The notes: generated by a model from the sequence alone, not told the origin. DNA of 63,828 nt from Octopus bimaculoides (GCF_001194135.2 NC_069001.1:27483636-27547463); one strand, 5' to 3'; positions 13,855 to 27,229 are shown, counted from the first letter of the stretch. Numbers and translations: made by a program.

Positions 13855-14090
13855 ACATACACATTACATTATTTACATTTGACGGACATTTGTCCTCATC
13901 TGGTTTGCTGTTAACGTTTCGGCTGATAAAGCCTTCATCAGGACTCTTGGGGAAATTTCGAACCTGGGTTCTCATTCCTCAGGTATTTTTCGATGTTATT
14001 ATTATTATTCAGGTCACTGCGTGGAATCGAACTAGGAATCTTGGGGTTAGTAGCCCGCGCTCTTAACCACTTCACCATATGCTCGTGGGC
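13855..14090 (-). mobile_element. tRNA-headed short element carrying a hammerhead core
   Basis: A box TGGTGAAGTGG (14077-14067), anticodon-like arm GGG-CTACTAA-CCC, B box GTTCGATTCC (14032-14023), (AAT)n spacer, then CTGATGA-A-GGCT-TTATC-AGCC-GAAACGTT (13941-13913) and an AATGTA-like tail. Confidence 0.7.
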
Positions 14091-14861
14091 TTAGTGGCAT
14101 AGTGGCAACTTCCCGTGCGTTAAACTAATACATGTTTGTGTTGTTTACACACTCGTCTTCGTCTTTTGATTTTTTGTTTGTAAATACTCACTATATATAT
14201 ANNNNNNNNNNNNNNNNNNNNNNNNNNTCAATGTGTGTGTATGTATATATATGTATATGGAGTTGAACGCAGATGTTATTCAAATGATTTTACTTCTGAC
14301 ACATTTTTGCTACCATGGTAACTATTTATCTATTCTTTCCCTGTTAATTGTTAACAAGGGAACAATACACACATCTATATATATATATGACCGAATCACA
14401 TTTTTGGATTCCTACGTTTCCCCAAAAGTAGTAATACTTGACTAGTTTTATCTTTGAAACAATAGATATGTTTACTGCTGTATGGGTGTATGTTTGTCTA
14501 AGGATGGTGCAGCAGCTGTCTGGCTAATATACACAAGCGTGTGATTTTCATGCTTTTGTGAATTACCTATTGGAATCTAAGAAATTGTTTTACTATGTCA
14601 TGTAAAAGAACAGAAGATACTGATTTTCTTGTATGCCTAAAATAAGAGAAAAATCCAGATATCTCCAATTAGAGTGAGTCATATTTCTCCTTCGGATGAA
14701 TAGTAGCTGTGCCAATATTTTCCTCCCCACGATTATGCCTACGAAAAGATTTCTCTCTCTCACGATCTCACTCGCTATCTCTCTCTTTCTCTCTTCCTCC
14801 CTTTGTCTCTAAAAAATGACAAGAACAAAAGAAACATGATTATGACATCCGACTGTGTATA

Positions 14862-15062
14862 TACGAGGCGGTGCTAAAAAAAACTCCTGGCTTTAAGAGT
14901 GTTGAGAAAGGCTGGCTGGTGAACCAAACTTTCGAGTTCTTTTACAGAGCTGCAATAAATCTATGAATCTGAGAGGGGAATATGTTGAGTAAAATCATAA
15001 TTAACTGATCCTCCTGTATTTTCTCTTACCCAAAGCCAAGTACATTTCAACACCCTCTTGTA
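14862..15062 (+). mobile_element. Internally deleted mariner-like element (MITE-like)
   Basis: TA-flanked imperfect TIRs (TACGAGGCGGTGCTAAAA..CTGGCTTT versus AAAGCCAAGTACATTTCAACACCCTCTTGTA). Interior AATCTGAGAGGGGAATATGTTGAGTAA reads NLRGEYVE-stop, like a mariner C-terminus. Related copy at 39338. Confidence 0.65.
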
Positions 15063-15765
15063 TATGTTTACATAAAATATTTGTAGACTCACTGCAGCTT
15101 TCGAGATGCATGCTTGTAATGTTTCTTGTGAGACTTAGTTGACTGAATGTATACGATGAAAAGACGTCCTTTGATGGAATGACAAGTACGTACATAATAG
15201 GTGACAGGATATTGAACAGAGATTAGAATATATGTATATGGAGGCAATTTGAATGGATAGGCTCTGTATAATTACACATCCAAGGGAGCAAAGACATAAT
15301 TCACTGTCAATTTATAAATGAAGAAATAGAACATCAGTACTAAGTGGTTTGCATGCACTAGCAGTACGAAAGCTGACACGAGCAATACTATAGTGACATG
15401 GGGTTCTTAATTGATTGTTGCTTTGTGCTGTACTATACCAAGATATGTTATCGATCCACGAATTCACATGGAGATCATAATGTACACACACCCTGGCATG
15501 CAGTGATAAATTGAAAGGAAGTGTAGGGACGTTTAGAGATGAATGTTCCTTAGTGTCCGTTCTATTTCTGTACGACCAAAGATCCTGGTAATGAATGTAA
15601 TGCTGGACAGAGTGCAACAACCGCAGACCTTCAGCGATTAATATAGTATTGTGTGTCCTATGACGTTATTTGGAACTAGGGAGCTATTTTTGTGTGAATG
15701 AATCCATTATGTATAAGTATACATACATGCTTGCGTATGCATGCATTACACCCACATGCTCGTAT

Positions 15766-15800
<35 letters not shown>

Positions 15801-16583
15801 TATTGTAATTTTGGGATCATATGCTTGCATAGGTTGTGTCATACATGTGTTTATGTGGCAATACTAACGCAGTTGTATTATCATTCACATAGATAACTAG
15901 ATATTCGGCTCTTAAGGTGATGTAAATATATATAACTTATACAGATACATATACACAGAGGCCATGCAATCTCTGCACCAAATGATTCTACGAGCTCTTT
16001 CATCAATCATCTATCTCTCCTTGGTTATCTTTCACTCTCTTGCTTCGAATTACCATTATGTCCAGTGCTTTATATTCAGCCACAAACCAGTCAGTTTTCG
16101 CAAATATATAAATTCTGGTTACGCAGTGTAAACTTCCTTGGAAGTGCAAAGTTATTTTTGCTTATTTTGTTTGATAAAGATCATTGTTTAGAAAAATATA
16201 TATAAAAATACTTTGGAACAGTTATGGTGTTCCATTACAATTATCTATATTCATTACTGATAAAAGTTTGAATACAAAGATGAAGTCATATATTTTTCGA
16301 AATATATAGAGATATAAAGATAAAATAACTTATCTCTTAGATGCTTGCAAATAACAAAGTTAATTAATTCATGCAATATATGATATATACAAAATATTAA
16401 AAAAATAATAATAATTCATCTTTCCTTTACTTATCAACAAAGTTACTGCAAGACACATCAATAGTTTTGCTTTAACTTATGTCAACTTACAGAAGGCTCA
16501 TAGTTTTCATTTACGTGACTTACTCAACATTATCATTGTCAGCTAGTTGACTACTGCACCAACAGCCAGCTAATCATAATGTC

Positions 16584-17067
16584 ACTGTTGTTGTTGTTGG
16601 CACTCCGTCGCTTACGACGTCGAGGGTTCCAGTTGATCCGATCAACAGAACAGCCTGCTCGTGAAATTAACGTGCAAGTGGCTGAGCACTCCACAGACAC
16701 GTGTACCCGTCGCGTACGACGTCGAAGGTTCCAGTTGATCCGATCAACGGAACAGTCTTCTTGTGAAATTAACGTGCAAGTGGCTGAGCACTCCACAGAC
16801 ATGTGTTCTCGGGGATATTCAGCGTGACACAGTGTGACAAGGCTGACCCTTTGAATTACAGGCACAACAGAAACAGGAAGTAAGAGTGAGAAAAAGTTGT
16901 GGTGGAAGAGTACAGCAGGGTTCACCACCATCCCCTGCCGGAACTTCGTGGAACTTTAGGTGTTTTTGCTCAATAAACACTCACAACGCCCGGTCTGGGA
17001 ATCGAAACCGCGATCCTATGACCGTGAGTCCGCTGCTCTAACCACTGGGCCATTTCGCCCCCACTTA
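16584..17067 (-). mobile_element. SINE family A with internal 102-bp tandem duplication
   Basis: Homologous to 2711-3086. 9-bp TSD CATAATGTC (16575-16583 and 17068-17076), (AAC)n tail; 16605-16706 is repeated from 16707. Confidence 0.9.
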
Positions 17068-17799
17068 CATAATGTCCCTAATGGTCTTGAAATCAGATAC
17101 AGAGGATAACATAATAGTGCTATGAAATAATTTGGACGTGGCTGGAATACCTTTGACCATAAGTGCCGCTCAATCAGGAGGCCATTGGGTTAAATAGCAA
17201 CAGCAACAACTGTTTAGCTCTTTACATTCTGCCGACTATAAGACTACATTCATCTGTGTATAATCTGCATATAGGACATACGTTTCTCGTATAAACTCAT
17301 TATTGTACATGATACGCATTATAGAATTCCACAAGTTTTATTTACTTCTTTTGTAAAAGCAGCATTGTCAATAAAGTTTATACACAAATGATATTCATCA
17401 TACGTATTAGGGAAATTGGAGAATGATTTTATGTTCTTGGGAATAATAAAATGGCGATTATATCTCTGTTAACGCGGAGATATATAAAACTTTGAAACGT
17501 ATTTGACACATTGAGTGAAAATTGATTTGAGGTCATATATCTAATGAAAGTTGCTTTTTGTTTTAATATCAAATCTGGTATGGATTTCAAATATTTAAGA
17601 ATCGTAAATATTGTTCAACGCATCATTTTATATTTTATTTATTGGTTTGGTGTGAAAAATGGGGCTGTGCTCTCAGTTTCCACAGGTTTTCCGAGACCTA
17701 TGAGATTGTTGCTGTTAACATATGTAGTTAACAGTTGTTAATGAAACAAAGTTAGACGCATTGTTATCCAGAGAATGTTTCTAGAGCATCACATGTACA

Positions 17800-19400
17800 G
17801 GGGGAAATAATTTAGCGTAGGATTTAATGGGAAAATTGGAAAATTGGTGTGCGAGGAAGAGATCAAAAGAGCGTGTCAGGAGTCATTGAGGAGAAGTGGT
17901 AAAAAATCAGTAAGCTCCAAGGAAGAGAAGCAACTATGGTATCGATATTTACACTGTCACTTTCGTAAAGCAGAGCTTGTTGTTAGGTTAGGGGTTGATT
18001 TCGGATAAACAATCGAATTCACAGCATTTTGAATGCGATCTGCTGTATATGTATAAGTATGAGGAATGATATTCGTCTAAATGTAGCTGTCCAGTGTCCG
18101 TAATATCTGGTGTTTTGGGAGGATTATTGGACGTAGAGAGTACGTAGGTTTTTGTGATCTATAGATGAATGTCGGTTGCGAGATCATGTAGTTTTTACTG
18201 AGTTGGGGATGTGGATTTGTCGGAACTAATTGTCAGTTTGTCAACGATACTGAGGTCTGTAATTTAAAATGGATAATATACAAATGGTGGAAGACATGAT
18301 GGAGTTGAAAGACATGCTTTGGATAACAATTCCTATTTTGTATAATTTTGAAAACGGGTAGACTACGTGGAAACCTATTGAAATTACCTCTTCCAGAGCT
18401 GCATGGTTGAGAAATGAAGTAAATTAATTTTTTTTTAATTAACGAAAATGAAAGGTGGAGATGAAATATTAAGTCGAATATTTTAGGATGTCTGTTATTT
18501 TAAAACATAACATTTTCCAATTGCTAATAATGCTGGTCCTTAGTAGGTACTGCGCTCAATATTAGGGTATAGATTTATAAAATTTAATTAAAATAATGCA
18601 GGGTGAGAATGACATATTAAGTTGAATATGTTAAGATGTGTATTATTTCAGAATACAGTATTTCGTCGGTTAATAATACGGGTCCTTCGTAGAGTACAGT
18701 AATTGGAAACCAGTAATAGAGTACAGTAGCTGGGAACCAGTAAAAGAGTACAGTAGCTGGGAACCAGTGTGGGGTCTATATATAAAAAAAGAATTCAATA
18801 CATCATCGATAAAAATAGCAAAGCGGTAATAGTTATAAGATGTTACGAAAATTAGGAATAAAAAAGAATGATTTCAAGATAAAGTGACAATGAATAGATG
18901 ACGGTGAAACATATTAAAAGTCGAATATTCGAAGTCTCGAATGGTTTCTGATGGGTCATTGGACTTAAATGGGGATTAAATGAGGAGAATAAACGTTATT
19001 AAATTTGATATTTAATGATTGAAAAACGGTTGCTAATTTGAGATGCGTGTAATGTGTTACGTTGAGGCAGTGTAAAGCAACGTTCATATGACATAAGTAA
19101 GGTATTTATTAGATTAATATTGAGAATTAAGTTAATAGTAAATGGGAATAACTATAAAATAAATTGAGATGGGTCTAAAATATATAGGGAAATTATCTAT
19201 AAAACGATACTGAAATGTTCCATTAATTTTAAATGTAGTTGGATTCTAACTCATTTATATACACCGACGTGGGAGGAAAAAATACAAAGTTATAGGTTAT
19301 AAAGAACTGAAATTACTATTGGATATGACAAATTGAAATTGAACTAAAATTGTGTGCGAGATAGAATGATTTAAAATCTTATATGCCAATGGGATATAAC
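17800..19400 (-). mobile_element. Highly decayed Penelope-like reverse transcriptase relic
   Basis: Minus-strand fragments IKFNNVY..IPI (motif B-like), YRFAIFIDDVL (RYIDD-like) and PDITDTGQLHLDEYH...YSRSHSKC (KPT...YLHF.S.HP-like). Many stops; boundaries approximate. Confidence 0.45.
18691..18768. repeat. 27-bp tandem repeat, about 3 copies
   Basis: AGAGTACAGTAGCTGGGAACCAGTAA(A/T) units start at 18691, 18718 and 18745. Confidence 0.9.
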
Positions 19401-19806
19401 AAAACTAAAAATGAATTATGCTGCCGTGGCTGGATGGAGATATTGTAAGAAATTAGATAAAAGTTGAGGAAAATATTAAATTTTTCTGAAAGAAAAAACG
19501 GTATGAATAATCGAAGCACTTAATTTGCGGTTATGTGTAAATACTGAGAGAACCAGGTATCATCTAGTAAGAAAATATTTCAAATATGTCAAGGAACCTC
19601 AAGATAAGCAATGTTAGTTAATGATGTGGATAATTAGTTAAAACAGAAGCTGCAGGGCGATCGTATATGAGCAAATTAATATTTTTATGATTAAGGATTA
19701 TGTAGCGCCAATAAAAACTGGAGTAGATGTTTTGTATTGTTATAATAGTTTCAGTTGTAGGACTGCGGCCATGCTGGAGAACCGTGTTAAATATGTATAT
19801 ATATAG

Positions 19807-22660
19807 GGCGGTGAGCTGGCAAAAGGGAGACTAGCTGGCAGAATCGTTAGCACACCGGGCGAAATGCTTCGCGGTAATTTGTCTGCGGTTAGGTTCTGGG
19901 CTCACATTCCGCCGAGGTTGACTTTGCCTCTCATCCCTTCGCGGTCGATTAAATAAGTACCAGTTATGCACTAGGGTCGATGTAATCGACCTAATCCCTT
20001 TGTCTTGTCCTTGTTTGTCCCCTCCATCTTTAGCCCCCTGTATATATATATATAAAGAGAGAGACAAAGAAAGAGAGAAATATTGATAGATATGTGTTTA
20101 TATAAAGAGAGCGTGTAGCGTCAGTATCTTTGTTGTTGTCATTATCTTTCTTATCTTTGTTGTTGTTTTCGACAGTGCTGTTAATCTTGTTGCTGTTCAT
20201 ATCATCACTATTGTTATAAGGCGGCGAGCTGGCAGAACCGTTAGCGCGCCGGGCGAAATGCTTAACAGTATTTCGTCTGTCTTTACGTTCTGAGTTCAAA
20301 TTCCGCCGAGGTCGACTTTGCCTTTCATCCTTTCGGGGTCGATAAATTAAGTACCAGTTTCACACTGGGGTCGATGTAATCGACTTAATCCCTTTGTCTG
20401 TCCTTGTTTGTCCCCTCTATGCCTAGTCCCTTGTGGGCAATAAAGAAATAAGAATCGTTAGCACGCCGGTCGAAACACTTAGCGGTATTTCGTCTGCGCT
20501 ACGTTCTGAGTTCAAATTCCGCAGTGGTCGATTTTTACCTTTCTTTCTTTCGGTTTCGATTGAATAAGTATCAGTTACGCACTGGGGTCGATGTAATCGA
20601 CTTAATACCTTCCCCCAAATTTGAGCTTCGGGCTTCCAGTTGAAATTACGGCCGTTTACTTTAGTCATCTACTTTTCAACATATTTCCTGGAAGGGAGAA
20701 ATTCCATCTTCACCGACACATTCTTTTTTCATGTGAAACTCGAAAATGTTGATCGAGAGGAAAGTGTAAGTCTTCTTCCCTTTCAATTTGGTCCACCATG
20801 ATAAGCACTGCCTGCCCTTCCCAGCCAACAAAGGGCAGCGGGATACACTGCACGGTGGCATTTAGAAATAGAAAATAACAATATTGGCATGATGACACAA
20901 CAATGAATTTATCAGTGTATTATTAATTCTATAGACTCCACTGCTGCCGGCTTTGCCTGTCATAATTCCGGGGTCGATAAATTACGTACCAGTTAAGCAC
21001 ATGGATCGATGATACCGACCTCCATCTTCCACGAAAATTGCTGACCTTGTGCTAAAATTTGAAACCATTATTCTGTCCAATAAATAATATTTTTTTGCTC
21101 TATGCTTGAATCATATGAACTGCATTGCTTAAAGAAACAGATAAAACTAATACAAATAAGGTAATAATATATGTGTAACTCAACATACAGCCAACCTCAT
21201 CAAAAACCAAATTAGAAATATATCTAGGTATCAAAAATAGTTATAAGATAATAAATGTATTAGGAATCAATAAGTAAAGGAATAAATATTCATAATCATG
21301 GGGAAAGCTAGAGATAGAAATAGATAAATAGATAGATAGATAGATATAGATAGAGAGAGAAAGAGAGAGAGAGTGAAAAGCAAACGTAATCGATATTTAT
21401 GCATTTATTCTTTGGGACATGTTTGTCCATTTTGTAGAGAGATATTATGTCGGTTACTAGTCTTAAGACATGCTGCCCAACATAAATGTAATTATACATT
21501 CGCATCCACAAAAGATACGAGACGTATTAAATATCTTTCTATTTCCAGCATTGTCTTTTGTGTTTATTTACATTTTCTGTGTATGTATCATGAATGTTTT
21601 TTGCCGAGAAGTGTCTTTTTTTTTCATTTTCATTACTTTCATTCTTACATATTTTTTCCTCTAATACTTTTTACCGAAACCATCAACATCAAGCCTCCAC
21701 TTCGTCGTCACAATCTCAATAAGCTTTCTTCCCGTTTTCCTTTTCGTTCTTTCTTTTATGACTTCTTTCTTGTTTCCTCCCCATCGTCCCGCCTTCTCCC
21801 CCTCTTCTTCTACTTCTTCTTCTTCTTCTTTTTCGTCTTCCATTTCTTCCACTTCTTGTAACCTGTCTCCTGTACTTTGATCTGCTGCTCTTGTTTGTAT
21901 AACAAGTATATTATAGATTATTATTATTGAACTGGCAGAATCGTTAGCATGCCGGACAAAATGTTTAGCGGCATCTTGCCTCTTCTTACGTTCTGGGTTC
22001 AAATTCCGCCGAGGTCGACTTTGCTTTCATCCTTTCGGTATCAATAAAATAAGTACCAGTTGAGCACTGGTGACGATGCAATCGACTTCTCCGCCCCCAC
22101 CCGAAATTGCTGCTCTTGTTCCGAAATTTGAAACGCTTATTATTATCATCATTGTTAAGGCGGCGAGCTGCCAGAATCGTTCGCTCACCGGGCAAAATGC
22201 TTAGCGGTATTTCGTCTGTCTTTACGTTCTGAGTCCGAATTCCCCCCAGGACGACTTTTTCTTTCATTTCCTCCGTCTGTACATTCCGAGTTCATATTCC
22301 GCTGCGGTCGACTTTGGTTTATATATTTCTGATTCGATAACACAAGTATCGATTGAACACTGAAGACGATCTAATCGACTAAGCCCCTCATCAAATTTTT
22401 CAGGCCTTGTGCTTATAGTAGAAAGATTTATCCTTATTCATGCTGGTAAGCGGTGAGCTGGTAGAATCGTTAGCACGCTGGACGAAATCCTTAGTGGTAT
22501 TACGCCCGTGGTTACGTTCTGAGTTCGAATTCCGCCGAGATCGACTTTGATTTTCATCTTTTCGGGGTCAATAAATTAAGTATCAGTCAATTACTGGGGT
22601 CGATGTGATCGACGGTCCCCTTCACCTCCAATTCCAAGCCTTATGACTATAATAGAAAGG
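19807..22660 (+). mobile_element. Cluster of about 8 same-strand SINE family B copies or fragments
   Basis: Copies begin near 19807, 20220, 20451 (head-to-tail with the previous copy), 20940 (3' part), 21931, 22158, 22270 and 22449, all on the + strand. Confidence 0.85.
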
Positions 22661-24331
22661 ATTTTCATTCATACCGTTGTGAAGTATTGCTATTAATGCA
22701 TTTCTATACATTTATCTTTTGGTGTACATGTATCGATGGGGTTAGAATTTTCCCATCAATTTTCGCATTCTTTTATATTTAATTCAACACAATTTCTTAG
22801 TACGAAGTATCATCATGGGGTCATAACTAATCTCATCATCAGTAATATCATATAATTTGGCAATGATTTTCTCTCACAAGAATATTCAGATTCTGGAAAA
22901 ATGTGAAAACAGAAACACAAATTGAAGAAGTAGCAAACAAAAAATAATTACTATTGAATTAAGAGACGTTAATCACAAGAACACTTTGGAAAATAGATGG
23001 AATAATTGAAAATTCTAGAATATAATTACAGTTTCGCTATTTTGTGCAGTATAAGCGATATATAAATTGTAACCCAGCATACAGAAAAATACGATAGAAG
23101 ATGGGAGAAGTATATCACAAAAGTTTCTGCCTCCTTGCCTTGTATTTTTAAAGAAGAAACGAAAACCAAATAGATATGTAGAGAGTTTAAAAATGCATTC
23201 AAACGTGCAGTTAAATGAAGCTCTGAGAGCCGTGTGAAATAATATATGGTTATTATCAACGAGAGGAACCATATGAGAATGAGACATCGTTAGTGTAAGA
23301 GACATCGTTAGTGACCTTCCTCAATTTTGAAGCTTGCATTATTTGCTGAGTTGACACGGAAAAACGTATGTAATCGCTGAGAGTTTTGATGGCCAGTGAC
23401 GACCACGATAACCACGGAATATTTCCGAGGTTACAACATTCTGAACGAAGAGAGTTAGACCCGACGGTAAATGTCAAGTTTAAAGTCAGAACCTAGATAT
23501 TATAAATGTGATCATTACGAGCTGTAGCAGATGCAACAGTAATGCCATATTAGATAAGTTGCTTTTAGTAGAGAAATTAATACTGGTTACAGTATCAGTT
23601 ACTGATCCTAGATGTTGACAATCAAGATTTCTCTCACGCAGCAACCACCAACAGTATTTATAGCATACATATACATATACGCGCACAGACACAGACACAC
23701 ACACACACGCATATATGTATAACTCAACACCAAAGCTTTTAGTAGCCAATGTAGTTATATTCCTACTACATTCGATTTTGACTACATGGCGTCGTAGAAA
23801 ACACGATTCTTATTCGATTTTAAGAACACACCATTCCAATTTCACCTGCAATAGAAATTTTCATTCGTCATAATTTTAGATTTAATCATATGAACAAGAT
23901 GTTGATGTCTGTTATATTTGTTTATTGCATTCGACATTCTTTCTCAAATCTGATTGCAAATGTGTTCTGGCATTAAGAAAAAGTTATTATTACGTCCTGA
24001 AAATATATTTAATCCTCGAATCTTGACTAAAACTTTACCAGATTCTAAAAATGGGCATTGATAAAAATGATAAAATTTCTCTTTATAAATCAATAATGTA
24101 GTTACATGTCTGATCTCAGCTTATCTGAAAGGATTATAGTCGAAAACATTCCTTCGCAAATTACAATGCTTTAATTTTCGATAATATCTAGATATAAAAT
24201 AGACATGTAGAGACAGACAGAAAGAGACACTTTCTGAATGAAGTAGAGAAACAAAAATAAACACAGACAATACATCAGTGGGTAGGATATATAACGATAA
24301 GAAGTTTTAATTTACATGTATGTATGGATGC

Positions 24332-24363
<32 letters not shown>

Positions 24364-24429
24364 TGCAAGACATTAAAGTGTTGTGCATCAAATCATCCGT
24401 TACGTGTCGTATGTGATGTGGAGTGATCA

Positions 24430-24900
24430 ACTTATGTCGGCTGCGACAAGAGAGACTCGTTCAAGTTAAAAAAGCCTAATAACTGAAATGACTTTCTTTC
24501 TTCTTTTCTCCGATGAGAAAAACTTCCATCGGGACCAGAATGTACACCGAATGAAGAAGTGATTCTGCAGAGATCCGAATGTATATTAAGTTCTCGGCGA
24601 CTGTGATTGTTCTGGGGGTGGTCAGCTACGAGATCGGTGCCATGCTTCTTCAACTGTTTTCACATGACGTAAGACGCTGTCTACACAGGAGTGTTGCTGA
24701 AAGTTGCATTGCCTTAGAAAGATAAGTGTACGCAACGGATGAAAAGTTGCGCTATCTCCTAAAGCTAGAACAACCCATGCGTGGATGCGTTCCTATCTCC
24801 ATGATTACATTTTCCTGACACATGCCCCGCCCACCTAGCTCACAAAACCTCAACCCACTAGGCTATTATATATGGTTCGTAATCGAGAGCGAGGCAAGTC
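24430..24900 (+). mobile_element. Decayed Tc1/mariner-superfamily (maT/DD37D-like) transposase fragment
   Basis: FFSDEKNF..DQ.V, IKFSATVIVLGVVSYE and SQNLNPLGYYIWFVIESE, resembling SDEK..., TKFPA.VMV.G.VS and SPDLNP.DY..W...E. Frameshifted. Confidence 0.65.
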
Positions 24901-26679
24901 GGTGAATATCCTCATAATACCATACAATTTCTCAAGTAGGCCATAACCCGCACTATGTTAAAATTGATAAAGATCATCTGATTCGGTCATGTCTGATCCC
25001 TTACTGAAGCAACCGTTGCTGCTAAAAACGGAATTATTAGATAAGTATGATAAAAGAATTCTTTGGATTATTTGTACCAATTTGTTTTCAAATTTCACTT
25101 TCATTTTATGAGCTATGCTTCTTTTTATTAATTCATACAAAGGACCTCAAAAACCTGTTGCACTATGTATATACTACTGACAGCTTCAGTGATTAGAAAT
25201 TAATGATTGCAATTCCCATTTACATATTCACAGCAATATTTGCTATTGAATATGTTCAGTATATACTAACACAAATGTTCAGTATATACTAACACATATA
25301 CATATATTTGTGCGAGTGTAAATGTAATTCGGTGGTGTGTTTCTAGAGGTCTCACGTTTAAACGATCTTAAAATTGATATGCCACATGTATTCCATGGAG
25401 AGGAACAGGTTATACGTCACGGTTTATTTATTGATGTTTGTTATTTCCTGTTCTCCTATTTATGTGATTTATTTCATGGAGTGGCATTCCTAATCAGACG
25501 CTACTGGTAAATATGAATTGTTACTTGCAACAGTAGACGTTTTAAGCAATATAGAAAATTTCCCTATTCAGTATAGCTCTTAATCGTACCTACCCATGAA
25601 TAATTTGTTTGTTTGTGCGAGTATAAGTGGTAGGGAGCATGTGTTTTTTTTTATAGCAATCATGTTATGTAACTTTGGTTTCTTCTTGATTCTGCATATT
25701 ATGAAAAATTTCACAGGTGATTGCGTCATCAACAAAACCAGTTATATTTGGTTTGTTTTCGTCTTACGAAATACGTTGAATATGTCAGACCCCATTCTTT
25801 CCCTCTACAGAGAAGCGTCAATCGCTTTGCCAAATAGCTTTCTTTTCTATATAACAACCGAACAGATATTTGTGTTTGATTTTATCAACGACCGACTATT
25901 TCAACTAGTTTTATAAATACTTCGGTAGAAAAGCTATTAATGCATTTCTCATTCAAAAAATAGAAATAAAGGAAGAAAATCCACAAAGACAAAACAGAAA
26001 CAAAAAAATCCTTCCTATAATCCTTTTGATCATTAACAATTTTGAAATAAATGAAGCTACGGGAAACAATACCAACGAGGTAGTATTTTTGCCGATGCAG
26101 AAAATCTACATAGTTGAAAGAAAATCGTGCAGAAAACATTAAATTCATCACTGATGAATATCAATATTGCGAGATACCGGATTATATTTCGTCTTTTTAA
26201 GATGTTCTCTTTTCTTCAATTTAAAAATAATGTGCTATGCTTTTATACTAATATTTTGTGATTCTAGTTTAAAAACTAAACAGCACCATTGATATTATTT
26301 TATATATATTTTCAAAACATGATATATATAAAAATCTTTTTGTTTCTTAATATATATATTTTTATTGTCAGTGAAATGAGATTATTTGCTTCTCGAATGC
26401 AAATAAAAAAATACTTGAAACAGCATTTAGCGTTGTAATTTACTCTACGCATAAAAAATATATCACGATGAATTTACGATGATATATTCAAAAGAAGCAT
26501 GACTATGCCGATCCTCTATTGATCTTTTGACGTAATTATCTTCCAATAAAACAACTATCTGCTGTAAATTCACGTAGGATAGGTACGGTTATGAAATTAC
26601 TCATGACGAATTTCATGCGACAAATTAATCAAAGGTATTCACATGCACCATACTTCAAAAGATGTGTGTTGGGTGTGAT

Positions 26680-26985
26680 CTTGTCATCCTTCTCCAAATG
26701 TATGAGTCGATATCCCATCAGGCAGTGAAGCAGCTTTGTAGGTGCTTAGGCCTCTTCCACTGCGACAACAAAGATGCGCAGGATCACCCACCGATGTAAG
26801 TGACAAATCACGCACGCAAAAGAAACACTTTTGTGGTGTCAGAGACTGCGACATTGTACCAGAAAATCTTCCCATGTTCAATGCTTGTTCTTTCCGAACC
26901 TGCCATCATCTCTTTTGAGTTGGATGTAATGTCTTGCTTTCTCTACAGCTTTCGACAACCTTCTGTCAACCTTTCGTCCGTCCTT
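26680..26985 (-). mobile_element. Decayed RTE-like LINE 3' end
   Basis: KDGRK...RHYIQLKRD...TWEDF..CRSL and CRSGRGLSTYK, resembling GRP..RYKD.LKRD...WE.LA..RS.W and the C..C.SRIGL.SH tail. Stops and frameshifts. Confidence 0.4.
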
Positions 26986-26989
26986 CACG

Positions 26990-27170
26990 ACGCGTTGTGT
27001 TCTTGAGCAAAACACTTCATTTCACGTTGCTCCAGTCCACTCAGCTGGCAAAAATGAGTAATTCTGCGATGGACTGGCGTCCCGTCAGGCTGGGGAACAC
27101 GTATGCCATTGGAACCGGGAAAGCGAGCCTATGAGCCTGGCTAGGCTTCAAAAGGGCGCATTTAGTATTA
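26990..27170 (+). mobile_element. SINE family D, 5'-truncated
   Basis: Matches 44763-45020 from GCGTTGTGTT..GAGCAAAACACTTCATTTCACG to AAAAGGGCGCATTT. Confidence 0.85.
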
Positions 27171-27229
27171 TTTTATTTATAATTTATTTTTCCTGTCTAA
27201 CCTCTTTCTTTCTGTCTCTTTCCGTTGAT

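Noticed and set aside
18691-22660. Repeats resembling a CRISPR-like repeat-spacer array
   Set aside because: Eukaryotic context, no constant-length spacers and no cas genes; these are a tandem repeat and SINE copies.
23390-23470. MASDDHDNHGIFPRLQHSERRELDPT followed by GTAAAT
   Set aside because: Short, with no recognisable homology or partner exon.
23280-25295. Short tandem duplications (about 18 bp at 23280 and 23 bp at 25250; also near 33628 and 51105)
   Set aside because: Ordinary slippage duplications.
26150-26185. CTGATGA-A-TATC/GATA stem
   Set aside because: No GAAA box follows.
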